Shown: positions 62,210-64,000 of the stretch, piece after piece | Numbering within the stretch: position 1 is the stretch's first letter | How the letters are laid out: each line of letters starts with the position of its first letter | From: Phoronis australis | Lineage: Eukaryota; Animalia; Phoronida | DNA length: 64,000 nt | NCBI GenBank assembly: GCA_002633005.1 | Contig: NMRA01000211.1 | Span: 1-64,000, forward strand | Reading direction: 5' to 3' | The notes under the pieces: generated by a model | What the model saw: the letters and a program-made list of their open reading frames with translations, nothing else | The model's database searches: none | Told to the model about the DNA's origin: nothing | Made by a program: the position numbers and the translations under genes

Positions 62210-64000
62210 TCATAACGCTAAAACCTCGTGAGAGACCGTCCCGAGTTGGCAGCTCGAGCCACTTGGGGCGGTCTGGGATCAAGAGAAAAACCACAGGGTA
62301 GATCTGTGGTCGACAGATCTATTCGGTCGATTACATTTTATTGCCCGTGAAGGCTGCCTGAAGAAACATGACTCGTGCGTTTGTATTTTCGCCTTTTTCA
62401 ACGACATGTAAAAGATTAATCAACAAATTCCTCATAAAATTCTGAAAACAAGCGTTTTTCTCCCAAGAAAATCGATGAAGTTTTGGCCGAGATATTTCAC
62501 TTTCAGTCCAGGCTAGCCCTTCCCCCTCGAGAATCGTCACAAAAGATTACTAAGCGGTAATGCGGTTTCACTGTCAACAAAGGAAGACGTCAAAATCGAC
62601 TCAAAATTGTCATTTTTAAACTATCTGAATGTTAAATTATCGAAATGTAAGTAAAATCGTGCTCTTTATTCTACCAAGAAAACAGCAATTTCATTTTGGT
62701 AAACATGTCTATAAGGACCTAACTCGCGCACGGTAGTGAGTCCGGTACAACACGTGAGGATGGCTGTGTTGTTGTTTTTGCTCTAAACTCAAAAGTAGCC
62801 GTTTCAAAATGGAAGATGGACAGAAAATGCAGGCTGAGTTGACGAAAACAATCATTGGGTGGAGGCAATTGTGCGGGGAGTAAATGACTGCGCCGGGAAT
62901 TCACGTCGGTTTTCCTGGATGGCCGTCTGAGTTTGACCAGCTCGTCGAGCCGTGATTCGTGAGAGGCTGAGCCGATCGACTACGTCGGGCTCGAGACCTG
63001 GACCTGGTGAAGAAAAACGTAAGTATTTTTTGTCATCCCTTATGCTCGCATGATGCTGTTGGCTGTAGGCTATAGATAAAGTATACCGTGTTTGCGTGAG
63101 ATTTTGTGTTCATGATTGAAATTACAGACTATGTTCTTGTACCACATCTGAAGTCAGAGAAACATTGTTACTTAGTGAAAAATAAACGTCTGGACGAATC
63201 TACCATGGTGCCGTCAATGCTGTTTTTGTTCTTTGTAAAGTAGATTTACTGTAACAAGTCCGATGTCGTCGGATTGAATTGCTATTCCGGGATTTTCAAT
63301 ACCAGTGGCTGATCCAGAACTTTTCGAATGGTGTTTGCAAATGAAATAATGTCAAGCCATTGTTTTAAATTACCATTTAAGTTTTATTAATAAGAGGTGG
63401 AGACAGCCATCTGCAATCATGTCTTTGTTACCTTGTTCTCATTTCTTTACATTTGTTCATGTTTCATTTCCTTGTTTTCTGTAGATCCCCCCAACCCCCT
63501 TGCTACAGTGCACTCTCTCTGTTGACTGAACTTGATGACATAATTGATAAGCCATTGTATTCTTCCTACCAGTACTAGCCTAACCCTTAGTCCTACACAT
63601 CTGGCCCTATTGTTCACTCTTGATTTTTGTTTACAAAATAATCCAGTCCAGTCTACACCCTGATTGCTTAGTTTAACTCCTGATATAGCTCATTGGTTTA
63701 ATATTTAGCACAGATTCCAGTGAGTAAACTGTATTTCACTTGTTGAACCTTTTCTTACCATCATGCAGCTCCTGCTTGACTGTGCACATGTACTTTTATC
63801 TCCTCTTTTTCGAACAACTCATTAAAGCGTTTTATGGGGTTCGGTTTCTTTTCATGAATGGTTTCATCGTTGGTTTCTAATTCGTTCAACTGCTTCCCAA
63901 AAGTTCCATTTCTTCATAATTTTAAAACTCCTGAGTCCTGAGCATTGAGCAACACTCAACAACCCCTCTCAAAATGTTGCCCTTCCAAACAGTGATGTGA

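Noticed and set aside
62800-63025. Possible first exon (ATG context plus gtaagt donor) of a gene or KolX-like ORF
   Set aside because: In-frame stops and no convincing motif.

Overview
Eukaryotic (animal) genomic DNA, AT-rich with GT-AG introns. The CYP and transposon types suggest a marine invertebrate, possibly a lophotrochozoan (inference only). Two host genes are well supported, both on the + strand. The first is a GT31/beta-1,3-galactosyltransferase-like type II membrane protein (12844-13884) whose DxD and EDV catalytic motifs are lost. The second is a complete 10-exon clan-2 cytochrome P450 (21682-29678, 519 aa by manual splicing) with atypical C-helix and I-helix motifs. Most of the rest is decayed, often nested DNA transposons whose ends can be read directly. 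These include three Kolobok-like elements (one still carrying convergent THAP-transposase and KolX/P2X7-ballast-like fragments), a P element with a 7-bp TSD, two Sola3-like TTAA elements, Academ-like and hAT remnants, MITEs with 5-bp TSDs, a ~1.8 kb foldback element, RTE-X-like LINE fragments and short tandem repeats. The octamer TACATGTA is strongly over-represented. No rRNA, intact tRNA or CRISPR array was found. All calls come from manual reading and translation; no searches were run.
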